A stretch of DNA of 64,000 bases from Nemertoderma westbladi. Taxonomy: Eukaryota; Animalia; Xenacoelomorpha. A program made the position numbers and the translations under genes. Below the pieces are notes generated by a model. It saw only the letters and a list, made by a program, of their open reading frames with translations. It made no database searches and was not told where the DNA came from. Shown one piece after another: positions 26,601-37,116 of this stretch (the first letter of the stretch is position 1; the number at the start of each line of letters is the position of its first letter). The stretch spans positions 62,001-126,000 of the forward strand of contig JAUCBJ010006887.1 of NCBI GenBank assembly GCA_032718475.1. Reading direction: 5' to 3'.

Positions 26601-27862
26601 GCGCGAAACATCATAGCTTGTTACACAGTGAGTTCGAACGAGACAACCCGAGTCAGGTAAGTGAGCCCAAATCACATGTCCAATTCAGTGATGTGAACGA
26701 CACTGACCAAAGTTCTGAGTGGGAAGGATTCTATACGGACGAATTCTCCGATGCCAACGAATCCTGTTATCTAATAAATACCGCAGTGTATCGAGCACTT
26801 ACTTACGAAAAAGACATCAACGATGAGTTTCCCCAAACTACTTTCGCCAAACAACCATCTTGGAAAGCTCCAGCTTCCAACGTAGGAATCAGAGAATTTC
26901 CTGTAGTTCAAGTAAGAGTTCACGGTCTTAACAAAAGCTACATAGTGAACGCCCTCCTTGACTCCGGCAGCACAGGAACATTCATCGATCAAGAACTAGC
27001 CGAAGATATCTTTGCTGGACAACCCAAGTTCCGGACTAAATTGAATATGTCAGGAATTATACAGGTTTGGAAATCTACCCTAACGGCAGATTACTATATA
27101 GGTGCGTTGTCCACCCCACAGGATAAATTAGGAGAACAAAGTATAAGGTCAGTAAAAATGGTAGCAATAAAGAACTTCGCTACTACCCAAGTAGCACCTT
27201 ATAACTGGGACGAGGACGAGAGCATCCAACATCTTGAGATACCTCGATTCCAAACCGATTATCCTGGAGTGCAAATCCTCATCGGCCAAAATGCGCATGA
27301 GGCGCTCGAGCCATTAGAGAAACGGCCTGCTCAACCGCAGCCACTACAAACCTATGCGGTAAGAACTAGAGTAGGTTGGTACTTCACTGGCCCTTCCCGT
27401 AGAACTCTCAAAGAGAGATTACCTCAACAACAGGTATACCAAGTAAAGGGGGAAGTGGAGAGCAGTGAAGTGGACGAACTAACTGAGGGAACACCATACT
27501 CCTCAGATAATGACGATATTAACTCCAATGAAGATCAATGGAGACATCGCCCCGAGATGATTAATCTAGCCGACATCGCTTCCAGAGGAGCGACTCCTCA
27601 AGAACGGATAGATACTCCCGGCTGGTTAGGTGGACCCGACTCCCTAAGTAAAGAAGAAGATGAATGGCCTCCCCACCTTAACCCGGCTGAGATTAGACAG
27701 GCCAAGGGAGCGGAGAAAGTAACACGACAACCCAATCACCCAGCTGGTCGTTTATGTTTACTGAAAAGAGACCAAAAACTGTCCGGAAACTATGGAAGGC
27801 AAGATACTCTTCCTACGACCACTTCCCTAATCCGACAAATATCTAGGGACTCCATAACGTAA
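23666..27862 (+). CDS. gag: E2 Gag-protease polyprotein (DUF1759-like capsid region, three zinc knuckles, aspartic protease) with short remnants of RNase H and integrase
   Basis: KFNGDEMKWLPF...EKLRFLIKCLEG; CALCDGPHRLSAC, CYNCLRRGHQRRTC, CAKCGAKHHSLLH; LLDSGS; GWYFTGP; WRH...NLADIASRG...WLGGP; no YVDD and no DDE core. Contains a 12-bp ESEV repeat at ~24077-24163. Confidence 0.92.
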   Translation: MADTRQTLSDSLLETTACFSDQSVENPRPRSETPHTVRRATPAVVVLEPRLVEKISQFAKLVKRRWSAIGTRAQVKRDQEEAIKQQQPPSQEPGPQWSDSSSSLDTVERTPERGAKMADTVYDGRPACGESTDATSSQVESEVESEVESEVESEVESEVESEVESELTSAEKPRTRDAIDIYLSDYQRFLGDEELRRRLSGLSPNSEGTKLVLDAIDAEMLAANQAECDEKLRLVRVQEEQIKKRRIEEQKTAAMAEAIADAEAERKAAAAEVEAERKAAKAAAAADAEAERKVAKEVREAERRASEQTTQLELENLQETQDSINKQFTANQMQMMSRSTPKRQGYTSSEEGETTDPEGGGNRSRLSRRRKTSHRHKLPDLPPAVKRQLTSTDLGSAEPIEQFIQVKRLPTIVDEPEIIRPVVPKVTSVLETPTLPELNSKFPLHSTTLPVPGGTVHANTPVQIAEREINNLSPVVPRQPATMLATPASAVEWVEEGRRGMNLLLGQMQETVHQLKGTVRESRAELQEVQQSIALERDKLVNIQKGIPIPPVTLCQPVRSEVLHAQGVEPIRIYTASEVETPITNPIKGDYRPVINDIPYRPDNDPRNLYTDNSILNNTMVQESFTRQMARTEARQAVKVGEIVKFNGDEMKWLPFNEYYKDSIQNSVLSNGEKLRFLIKCLEGPPKLMALKFIGHPDGLRQVWDTLNIRYGNKDNIAKYLYTKLVAPRHFLSSEIIEFSDEIQEICRQLDWLGKSHEYQSSMVIGAVVSTLPKGGVCTRWDKKVLYMNEQQRRSPTMADLMSFLDSEVKLQLIRQAREKTSENKVSEKPDSRRRIIPVCYTDDGESQASQEEDSGKDTAKSYYNNKTYKDVSKYKSRTSDRREQVTTTPPTSPKRIHGRKPEERTRVQNVNQVKVSNIKPKCALCDGPHRLSACAEFLKKSMADRRGVLWDKRLCYNCLRRGHQRRTCYSDARCAKCGAKHHSLLHSEFERDNPSQVSEPKSHVQFSDVNDTDQSSEWEGFYTDEFSDANESCYLINTAVYRALTYEKDINDEFPQTTFAKQPSWKAPASNVGIREFPVVQVRVHGLNKSYIVNALLDSGSTGTFIDQELAEDIFAGQPKFRTKLNMSGIIQVWKSTLTADYYIGALSTPQDKLGEQSIRSVKMVAIKNFATTQVAPYNWDEDESIQHLEIPRFQTDYPGVQILIGQNAHEALEPLEKRPAQPQPLQTYAVRTRVGWYFTGPSRRTLKERLPQQQVYQVKGEVESSEVDELTEGTPYSSDNDDINSNEDQWRHRPEMINLADIASRGATPQERIDTPGWLGGPDSLSKEEDEWPPHLNPAEIRQAKGAEKVTRQPNHPAGRLCLLKRDQKLSGNYGRQDTLPTTTSLIRQISRDSIT

Positions 27863-28394
27863 TAACATATGGAGTGGGTGTGTGACTATATCATTTTATA
27901 TTTGTTTTTTATTTTATATTTATGTATGTATTATTACGTAATTTTATTATAATCGTTTTCTTTAATTTTATTTAGTAGAATGTTATTTTAGCGATTATTT
28001 AGTAAATTAGTGCAATATATTAGTGTTTATTACGTACTTAATTACTTATAATATATTTAGTGCGACGGCAAGAAATAATTATTTTTCTCTTTCCTTACTG
28101 TCCGTATTATATTATAAATGCGAGACTATAGTAAGATGACATGTCAGTACTTATTAAAGTACAATAAAGCCACTACTATATTCAAGTATTATTGGTAGGC
28201 AGAGTATTAGGAATGCAAAGTTCAGATCCTCGAGTCTCGGCTAAACCAAGCTCTGGGTAGACCTTGGAAATGACTTGCCTCTTCACACTGACATTGCTTC
28301 GTGCGATATTGCTCTTCTACCTTATAACAAATAATACATATAGTAGCGTGATGTCCCTCTAACAGTAGCGTAAATCGCAAATAAATCTGTTAAA

Positions 28395-28680
28395 CTTTTT
28401 GACCATCTGTAATTCTAGTCGATTAAGATATCGTGGCACCCACCGATATACTTGAAAGACAAATTCTAGAATCAGTGGTTAACGTCCCCAGACAAGTTCT
28501 GGAATAAATCGGTGCCCATCCTAAATATTAATTTAATATTTTGTTAAAATCTGTAAAATCCCGATCCTTTAAAATTTCTAGTCAATTAAGATATCGCAGT
28601 ATTTACCGATATTCTTAGAAGGACTATTTTATAGAATTAAGGATCCTAAGTCCCCAGATATGCTCTGGAATAAAATTTAT
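28395..28680 (+). other. Two diverged copies of a stem-loop module in the E2 3' region
   Basis: Copies at ~28401-28508 and ~28563-28674 share stems (aagatatcg/cgatat-ctt; ccaga/tctgg) with different loops. Confidence 0.65.
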
Positions 28681-29488
28681 GTCAATTTAACATCAAATAA
28701 TAAAATTCACGGGAATAAATTTAAATTCATATTCAAATGAATTTCATAAATTGTCATTTGGTACAATTTATAACATTCCCAAAATTCCAGTAATTAATAG
28801 ATCATGGGAGCGGAGATTCATATTGAGTGTACTAGAGTGTGAGAATCTCCAATATATAGTCAATAGCCGATAAAATTTATAAAATCATGCATAAAGAGGA
28901 TATTGACAATTAAAGAATTACTATTAAATAACATCCCAGATCTGTATACATGAGAATTGCCCTAATTCTACCGCTAGTTTTCCATAATGTCACCATGGCA
29001 ACACCCACGCTAGAATTAGAAGCAAGTTAAAGTAACAATAAAAGGCTTGCCCCATTGCGTAGCATAAGAGTATACATAGCGCACTATTAGTATCCAAGGA
29101 TACATAGTAATAACGTGACATTCTGGAAGACACTGACTAACGGACAAATGGCATGCAGGTGTGCAGTAAGTAATGATTGTATGGAATTTGTGCGTTTATA
29201 GGTGAATGTTACTACTAAAGTGTGTTTACAGTAGCTAATCGCAATTGTAAAATAGCCCTAACTCTACCGAGATAACCTCAAGTGGATTCAAGCCTTTGGG
29301 ACGGACAGTGGTGGGACTTGTGCCGGTTATCGTTGTCGTGCTGTTGCTACATGTTGGCGTAAACACTGCGACAGCGGTACATCGGCGCTGAGAAACCCAC
29401 TGTCCGGGGGCAAAAGTCTAGTAGGCAGCGACGCCCGCTTGCCTAAAATATTAACTCATATTGATATTAATAAACTCAGATAGCAGAT

Positions 29489-29887
29489 ATGACGGAATTG
29501 ATAGAAGATGACCTTGATATTAGAGAGCGATATACTCTACCTTTACAAGCGTTTGTGGATAGCTTGATACGCGGTGAAGCCGATCCGACTATTACGGAGG
29601 ACGATGGTCGTTATATCGAACCGCTGATGTCCCAGGAACAACTTACGTGTGAATTGGACTATCGAAAATTAACCGCTCGTTATACGCATCGTAATGGTAC
29701 GTATATGGACTTCTTAACTACCGGCCATCCTATCGATTTACATGATACGGACGATGTAGACACCGAAAGGGAAATGGTTCTATTTAAATATCATACCCAG
29801 CGGCGTCGTAACGATAAACCGAGAATAGATCACGAAAATTCTATTCGTAACAGACTGGGAAGACGAACCAATATGTCTAGAATCTGA
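29489..29887 (+). CDS. E2 3' accessory ORF A (acidic N-terminus, unknown function)
   Basis: 132-aa ATG ORF preceded by a possible CAG acceptor; coding-like composition inside an AT-rich region. Confidence 0.5.
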   Translation: MTELIEDDLDIRERYTLPLQAFVDSLIRGEADPTITEDDGRYIEPLMSQEQLTCELDYRKLTARYTHRNGTYMDFLTTGHPIDLHDTDDVDTEREMVLFKYHTQRRRNDKPRIDHENSIRNRLGRRTNMSRI

Positions 29888-30468
29888 GGAGATTCAGCCT
29901 ATCGCGCTCGGAACAGCGACAACGATTATGGTATCAAGGTCCACAGTGTCTCACTGCGTACGATTATCGCCATGCCAACTATGTTTCTCGGCAACGTTGT
30001 CGGTTATGCGCATCGAGAGACCATGTTACGCCCATGGACACAAACGTCCGCTGTTCCTATTTCCACGAACAACCGGCGATGGAAATTTATTGCGCGTATT
30101 GCAGATTTAATAATTTGCACATTTTTGCCGTTTGCCCTCAATTTATGACTCAATGTCACCACTGTCCACTAAAGGGACACGCCAGTTTCGATTGCCCTTT
30201 TAATCGCGATTTGGAAAGCGTAGATGAAATGATCACACTACGTTACATTAGAGCTTGGGAAGCGAACGCTGATTTACATCGTGATTCGCGCCATCGCTAT
30301 TATCCTGGACGCGCTTACGAAGGAATTTATGCGTTCCATCCTTATCTATTCGCTTCTGTCGAACAGAAATCACGCATATCGAGTTACAGGAAGTATATCG
30401 ACGGCCTTACGAGTACCGAGCCCGCGAACGCGAGTTGGAAAGAACCATTAAACCAAGGAAGTTTCTAA
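29881..30468 (+). CDS. E2 3' accessory ORF B with three Cys/His zinc-knuckle-like motifs
   Basis: Frame is open from 29881 (ATG at 30034): CRLCASRDH...C, CAYCRFNNLHIFAVC, CHHCPLKGHASFDC. Confidence 0.6.
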   Translation, partial: NLRRFSLSRSEQRQRLWYQGPQCLTAYDYRHANYVSRQRCRLCASRDHVTPMDTNVRCSYFHEQPAMEIYCAYCRFNNLHIFAVCPQFMTQCHHCPLKGHASFDCPFNRDLESVDEMITLRYIRAWEANADLHRDSRHRYYPGRAYEGIYAFHPYLFASVEQKSRISSYRKYIDGLTSTEPANASWKEPLNQGSF

Positions 30469-30767
30469 CTACTTATGGTCCACCCACGGCCCTCGTGCAG
30501 ACCACTCGTACAGGACCCGTAAGAGCGGCTGTCTTGAAACGAGCTCTCAAAGCCGTTAGACCCCTCTCCCCGGACGTTGATGTCAATCAACCCGGTACTT
30601 CGACCGGCGGATATACCGATCGCAATCCCATACCTTCTGATGCAATCATATTGCACCCTTCACCCAGGAGTTATAGCCCTCCTCGTAAAGTGGCTCGCCC
30701 CAAAGAGAAAAAGACTCTTGCTAGCTTTAAAAAACTGCGTAAACGCCGTCCGCGCAAGAAAGACTAA
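30435..30767 (+). CDS. E2 3' accessory ORF C, basic, with an NLS-like C-terminus
   Basis: 110-aa frame overlapping ORF B in the -1 frame, ending KKLRKRRPRKKD just before the PPT; no ATG start. Confidence 0.4.
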   Translation: MERTIKPRKFLTTYGPPTALVQTTRTGPVRAAVLKRALKAVRPLSPDVDVNQPGTSTGGYTDRNPIPSDAIILHPSPRSYSPPRKVARPKEKKTLASFKKLRKRRPRKKD

Positions 30768-30845
30768 CTGTTTAGAGTATTTTTATATTTTAGAAACTGT
30801 GATTTTGTATATTTTATAGACTTAAATCCCATTTTCTGGGAGCGG

Positions 30846-32069
30846 TGTAAAAGCTTCTGTGGGATATAACTGGCCCCTTTTGCTTCGCAATCCAGTTTCC
30901 CCCCAGGCGCTGGAATACTCTAAAAAGGTTCTCTAACTGTATATATATTCCCCTCGCCCGCAAGGTACCGTTACAGGTGTTTTAACGGACATAAAAGTCA
31001 TTCTGCTATATACGTGTTTTGGCGGACATGGTAAGGCAAAAAACCTGCAATGCACCAACTACCTTTCACAGCTTAGCCGTGATGATTCATATTACGACAT
31101 CTAACAGCTGGTTGCTGACATGGAAACAGCCATTGGATGCATGGTTCTTTGTTTGGCTTGAGCCAATCAGAGCGTTTTTTCCTGTCGACGTGTAGCTTTT
31201 CGGCCGATCATAAGGAGAGTGTTCAGTCTTACTGTTTTTACTTGATACTTTGTTGTTATTGCTGTCTAAGCCAGAAACACCGGCTCTAAGAACTCTAGTA
31301 AAACTGCTTAGATTATAGAAAGTATAACTGTTACCGGCGGTGTTACCTCACTTAATGCACTAATCATATTGTTTGTACTGCTATTTACCGTCAGTTATTA
31401 ATTGTATCTATTTGTTGATGGAAATATTGCTCTTTGGAGAATACGGATAAATCACCCAAAATTCCCAATTTTCTTGATACACTACAGGTTAGAGAGGCGG
31501 GCTATATATAACAATTGCGATTTATATCAATGTGGTGTGTATTGAATCTAATGTTATTTAGTAGACACTACCTGAGTCAATTGCTGTTCTCTTTATGTGT
31601 GATCAAATATACTGACGGTCGGCAGAATAGTGTGCATGATTGTGAGTGTGATGTGACTGGTAACAAAGCATTTCCTAAAGAATGCGACTTATACTTTAAT
31701 CATAAGCCTTATCGTTGCGTTTAGTATAAGTCCTAGCTCTGTGTAAATAGATAGAGCGCCACGTCCTAAAGGAACTGTTAATATTTCCCGAAAGTTAATA
31801 ATATCTGTCAGAAATTACATTTTAGTGATCTATCGAATAATACAATAGGTTTACACTGCAACCTTACACTGCAATAATAAAATCTAAGCATCCGAATTCA
31901 GCCTCCCGGGTGTAGATCCATCGGGTGAATGATCGCGCATGGGCTGGCTTCGGCTAATGTTTTGTTTATTAGCATAAAATATTGTCGTATGCTAAAGGTG
32001 TGTTAATTAACTAAAAGACATATAAATTTTGGCAGGTTAAACTGCTAAAGGTCTTCAAAAGCGCGAACA
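30846..32069 (+). repeat. E2 3' LTR
   Basis: Direct repeat of 20197-21420, preceded by the PPT and followed by TSD GTAAG. Confidence 0.97.
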
Positions 32070-34573
32070 GTAAGTATCCGCTGTCGAGCGGGCTCCTAAA
32101 GTATCCTGCAGATTTTTACAGTAAGTATCCTGCAGATTTTTACAGTAAGTAACCTGCAGATTTTTACAGTAAGTAACCCGCTGTCGAGCGGGCTCCTAAA
32201 GTATCCTGCAGATTTTTACAGTAAGTATCCTGCAGATTTTTACAGTAAGTATCCTGCAGATTTTTACAGTAAGTATCCTGCAGATTTTTACAGTAAGTAT
32301 CCTGCAGATTTTTACAGTAAGTAACCTGCAGATTTTTACAGTAAGTAACCCGCTGTCGAGCGGGCTCCTAAAGTATCCTGCAGATTTTTACAGTAAGTAT
32401 CCCGCTGTCGAGCGGGCTCCTAAAGTATCCCGCTGATTTATACAGTAAGTATCCGCTGTCGAGCGGGCTCCTAAAGTATCCTGCAGATTTTTACAGTAAG
32501 TATCTTGCAGATTTTTACAGTAAGTAACCTGCTGTCGAGCGGGCTCCTAAAGTATCCTGCAGATTTTTACAGTAAGTATCTTGCAGATTTTTACAGTAAG
32601 TAACCTGCTGTCGAGCGGGCTCCTAAAGTATCCTGCAGATTTTTACAGTAAGTAACCCGCTGTCGAGCGGGCTCCTAAAGTATCCTGCAGATTTTTACAG
32701 TAAGTATCCCGCTGTCGAGCGGGCTCCTAAAGTATTCCGCTGATTTTTACAGTAAGTATCCGCTGTCGAGCGGGCTCCTAAAGTATCCTGCAGATTTTTA
32801 CAGTAAGTATCTTGCAGATTTTTACAGTAAGTAACCTGCTGTCGAGCGGGCTCCTAAAGTATCCCGCTGATTTTTACAGTAAGTATCCGCTGTCGAGCGG
32901 GCTCCTAAAGTATCCTGCAGATTTTTACAGTAAGTATCTTGCAGATTTTTACAGTAAGTAACCTGCTGTCGAGCGGGCTCCTAAAGTATCCTGCAGATTT
33001 TTACAGTAAGTATCCGCTGTCGAGCGGGCTCCTAAAGTATCCTGCAGATTTTTACAGTAAGTATCCTGCAGATTTTTACAGTAAGTATCTTGCAGATTTT
33101 TACAGTAAGTAACCTGCTGTCGAGCGGGCTCCTAAAGTATCCCGCTGATTTTTACAGTAAGTATCCGCTGTCGAGCGGGCTCCTAAAGTATCCTGCAGAT
33201 TTTTACAGTAAGTATCTTGCAGATTTTTACAGTAAGTAACCTGCTGTCGAGCGGGCTCCTAAAGTATCCTGCAGATTTTTACAGTAAGTAACCCGCTGTC
33301 GAGCGGGCTCCTAAAGTATCCTGCAGATTTTTACAGTAAGTATCCCGCTGTCGAGCGGGCTCCTAAAGTATCCCGCTGATTTTTACAGTAAGTATCCGCT
33401 GTCGAGCGGGCTCCTAAAGTATCCTGCAGATTTTTACAGTAAGTATCTTGCAGATTTTTACAGTAAGTAACCTGCTGTCGAGCGGGCTCCTAAAGTATCC
33501 CGCTGATTTTTACAGTAAGTATCCGCTGTCGAGCGGGCTCCTAAAGTATCCTGCAGATTTTTACAGTAAGTATCTTGCAGATTTTTACAGTAAGTAACCT
33601 GCTGTCGAGCGGGCTCCTAAAGTATCCTGCAGATTTTTACAGTAAGTATCCGCTGTCGAGCGGGCTCCTAAAGTATCCTGCAGATTTTTACAGTAAGTAT
33701 CCCGCTGTCGAGCGGGCTCCTAAAGTATCCTGCAGATTTTTACAGTAAGTATCTTGCAGATTTTTACAGTAAGTATCCTGCAGATTTTTACAGTAAGTAA
33801 CCTGCTGTCGAGCGGGCTCCTAAAGTATCCCGCTGATTTTTACAGTAAGTATCCGCTGTCGAGCGGGCTCCTAAAGTATCCTGCAGATTTTTACAGTAAG
33901 TATCTTGCAGATTTTTACAGTAAGTAACCTGCTGTCGAGCGGGCTCCTAAAGTATCCTGCAGATTTTTACAGTAAGTAACCCGCTGTCGAGCGGGCTCCT
34001 AAAGTATCCCGCTGATTTTTACAGTAAGTATCCGCTGTCGAGCGGGCTCCTAAAGTATCCTGCAGATTTTTACAGTAAGTATCCTGCAGATTTTTACAGT
34101 AAGTAACCTGCTGTCGAGCGGGCTCCTAAAGTATCCTGCAGATTTTTACAGTAAGTATCCGCTGTCGAGCGGGCTCCTAAAGTATCCTGCAGATTTTTAC
34201 AGTAAGTATCCTGCAGATTTTTACAGTAAGTATCCGCTGTCGAGCGGGCTCCTAAAGTATCCTGCAGATTTTTACAGTAAGTATCCCGCTGTCGAGCGGG
34301 CTCCTAAAGTAACCTGCAGATTTTTACAGTAAGTAACCCGCTGTCGAGCGGGCTCCTAAAGTATCCCGCTGATTTTTACAGTAAGTATCCCGCTGTCGAG
34401 CGGGCTCCTAAAGTATCCCGCTGATTTTTACAGTAAGTATCCCGCTGTCGAGCGGGCTCCTAAAGTATCCTGCAGATTTTTACAGTAAGTATCTTGCAGA
34501 TTTTTACAGTAAGTAACCTGCTGTCGAGCGGGCTCCTAAAGTATCCTGCAGATTTTTACAGTAAGTATCCCGC
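32070..34573. repeat. Satellite array, right part (~2.5 kb), same A/B subunits
   Basis: Resumes in register after E2 with the same local variants (cccgctgattttt, tatcttgcag) seen just left of E2. Confidence 0.99.
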
Positions 34574-35530
34574 TGTTGGGTTGGTGTAGTGGCGTAAATA
34601 TCACGTAATGATGAGTTCCCCACTGAACCGCCCAAATCAGGTAACCCGCCCGTCCGGTGGAAAGGAAACTGATAACTAAACGCTCCAGTGTGGTGTCTGT
34701 GCAGGCCGATCCCTACACAGCACCATAGTAATACAGAATATAGACAGAATATAAACAGATAACAAACAATAAATCAGATGCATTTACAAAAGATAAAATA
34801 ATATAAGTGAATACGTAAAATGAATAAGGAATCTGTACTACTAAAGAACTGTGCCATAAAACAACGATATCACCTTCCACTCTTGTCACCAAACCAACTG
34901 AACCAATATTGCTAATCTGTGTCTAATGTACCCCGGTAGCGCGGATGAATATTCCCTAGTAATGAGCCAGACTGGGGTTTAAGACCCCAGCCTGGCACCC
35001 GTACATAGCAAAACCCTAATTAAGTACATAATCCTACTACCTAAAACTAAAACCTACTGAAACCCCCCCAATATAACAATAAATACGTACTACATAATGT
35101 AGTACATATTGACCGCCTAATTGTACATTCCTATCTCTGGCAAGGCTAATATCCCATCTCCCTGCTACCTCTGTCTTGCTACAGGTGTGGCCTGGTGGCC
35201 AACCTGTTCCCGATCACGTGCTCTTTGTATACCTCGTTTGTAATCCACCTAGCCCCATGTCTGTATTGGTACCTTGAGAGTTGACTTGGTGGAAGGCGTA
35301 CGTAGTAACCTAATACTAATATTCCTGGAAATCACTGCAGCCCAGTCCCCCCCCCCCCCCCCCGTGTGCCCTGTAACTAGTCAGTTCCGTAGTCCTACCT
35401 ACACCTACAGTACAAACGCTACAGTAATTACCCCTACAGTACAAACATTAGGCTTGGGTGGGAAACCCGTGGTACTCGTATAATATAATGTGTGGATTTG
35501 GGAAGGGTAAGGTTCCGGTTGTCGGACACA
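34574..35530 (-). repeat. E3 3' LTR (957 bp)
   Basis: Minus strand TGTGTCC...CCCAACA; matches 46161-47120. Confidence 0.95.
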
Positions 35531-36844
35531 CTCCCCCTTGGGAGTGTAAATGATTTACACTCCCATATCTAAAGGCACGAGCCAGTAGACACCCTGTGAA
35601 CGTCAGGGAAGGTAGGCGACTCCTAAACAATCCGTCGGTTGTCGGTAAAAAAAAATTGTGGTAAAAAATGGATAAAAATAATGGTGGGTACTGTTGACCC
35701 GGAGTATGGTTTTAAAAACGGGAGTTGATAGTCCCTTTACCAATTCGCTGTGAGTCAGCACACTAGACGAGTTTCCGCTGACCCCACAGACGATTGACAT
35801 CAACACCCATCTGGGTGTTGATATCGTGAAACGGTTTAAGCCCCGTAACGCGCTGTTCAGTGCCATCCACTCTCGGATATAGGCAATGGTATCACACCAT
35901 AAAGGATTCATGATACGAAATAATGTAAATAAATTAATTAAAAAACACATTTTGTTCGTTGTGCCACGCACACACACTCATTCACTCGTATGTACTTTGG
36001 GTGACCCCTGCACCACTTATTGGTGATGGGCACACCCATGGACACCACATCGCTACGCTCTCTGACGTTTTTTACGATCCTTTGGGCACCCATTTAAATA
36101 TTTATAATCTCTCCGAACGCGCTATCGGTTACTTTCTCCAGGTCCGGCTCTATGGCACGGCGAGCCCCCAAATGTGGGATCGACCCCCTGCATCCTGGCG
36201 AACCCAGGGTGCTACCCATCCGCCCAGCTGCGCTCCAACCAGCTACTCTGTGTCATTCGTTAACTTCCAACTTACATTCTCATTCCTGTCTCAATCACTG
36301 CACACGGTGCTATCTCATTCCAAACAACCTCAAATTGTTGTGGCCGTCCGTATCGGGCCACCCCCAATGTGCGCACGTACCTGTGATAAGGTAGGTGGGC
36401 CCCATTGGTGGTACCTACTTGTTCGGTACCGTCAGTTGTGAATGGGAGCGTCCACAGCGACGAACCCCACTCGTGGGTGGCGTCTTCTGCTTCACCCACT
36501 GCTGTGTGACTGTTATACGTAACTTTCATACACACGTACGTACACACATACACTCTAAATACTAAGTTAACCAAATCACACCACTCTGTAAACTGTGTTG
36601 AACTATCCACCCGTAATAACGCATACACACTCGCACACCCCCCCCCCCCCCCCCCCCCCCCCTTTGAGCTCCCCGAAACAGCCAATGGTGGATACTTATA
36701 GACGGTTTACTCCATAAACATTGTAATCATTCAGTGGTGCGTACCTACATGGATCAAATGGAACAAAAAAAATGCAAGTATTGCATCGGGCATTGCAAGG
36801 TGTGGCTTGTAAATATGTACAGCGTGACGTATAGTCTCGGTTCT

Positions 36845-37116
36845 CTCGTGAGGTGCAGTCAAATAACTCTCGTAAAATACAGTTAAATCTCCCGTAAGGT
36901 GCAGTCAAATAACTCTCGTAAAAATGCAGTTAAATCTCCCGTAAGGTGCAGTCAAATAACTCTCGTAAAATGCAGTTAAATCTCCCGTAAGGTGCAGTCA
37001 AATAACTCTCGTAAAATGCAGTTAAATCTCCCGTAAGGTGCAGTCAAATAACTCTCGTAAAAATGCAGTTAAATCTCCCGTAAGGTGCAGTCAAATAACT
37101 CTCGTAACGTGCAGTC
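36845..37116. repeat. 46-47 bp two-subunit tandem repeat (~5.5 copies) in the E3 3' region
   Basis: tctcgtaaaatgcagttaaatctcccgtaaggtgcagtcaaataac repeated in tandem. Confidence 0.92.

Larger units (their letters stand above)
20197..32069 (+). mobile_element. Non-autonomous BEL/Pao LTR retrotransposon E2 (11,873 bp) inserted in the satellite
   Basis: Two 1224-bp LTRs (TGTA...AACA) that look identical; TSD GTAAG at 20192-20196 and 32070-32074; PPT-like TGGGAGCGG before the 3' LTR; gag-protease ORF. Confidence 0.95.

Noticed and set aside
28415-28462. Hammerhead ribozyme in the E2 3' stem-loop (...ttgaaagac)
   Set aside because: No CUGANGA core, and GAAA is not conserved in the second copy.
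32062-32075. E2 TSD (GTAAG) resembles the start of its PBS (GTAAC), hinting at homology-guided insertion
   Set aside because: Only a 4-nt match in a repeat where this word occurs every 24-52 bp; E1 and E3 inserted at other positions.
3769-34573. CRISPR array (hairpin repeat alternating with another unit)
   Set aside because: The intervening units are all near-identical rather than unique spacers, there are no cas genes, and the context is eukaryotic.
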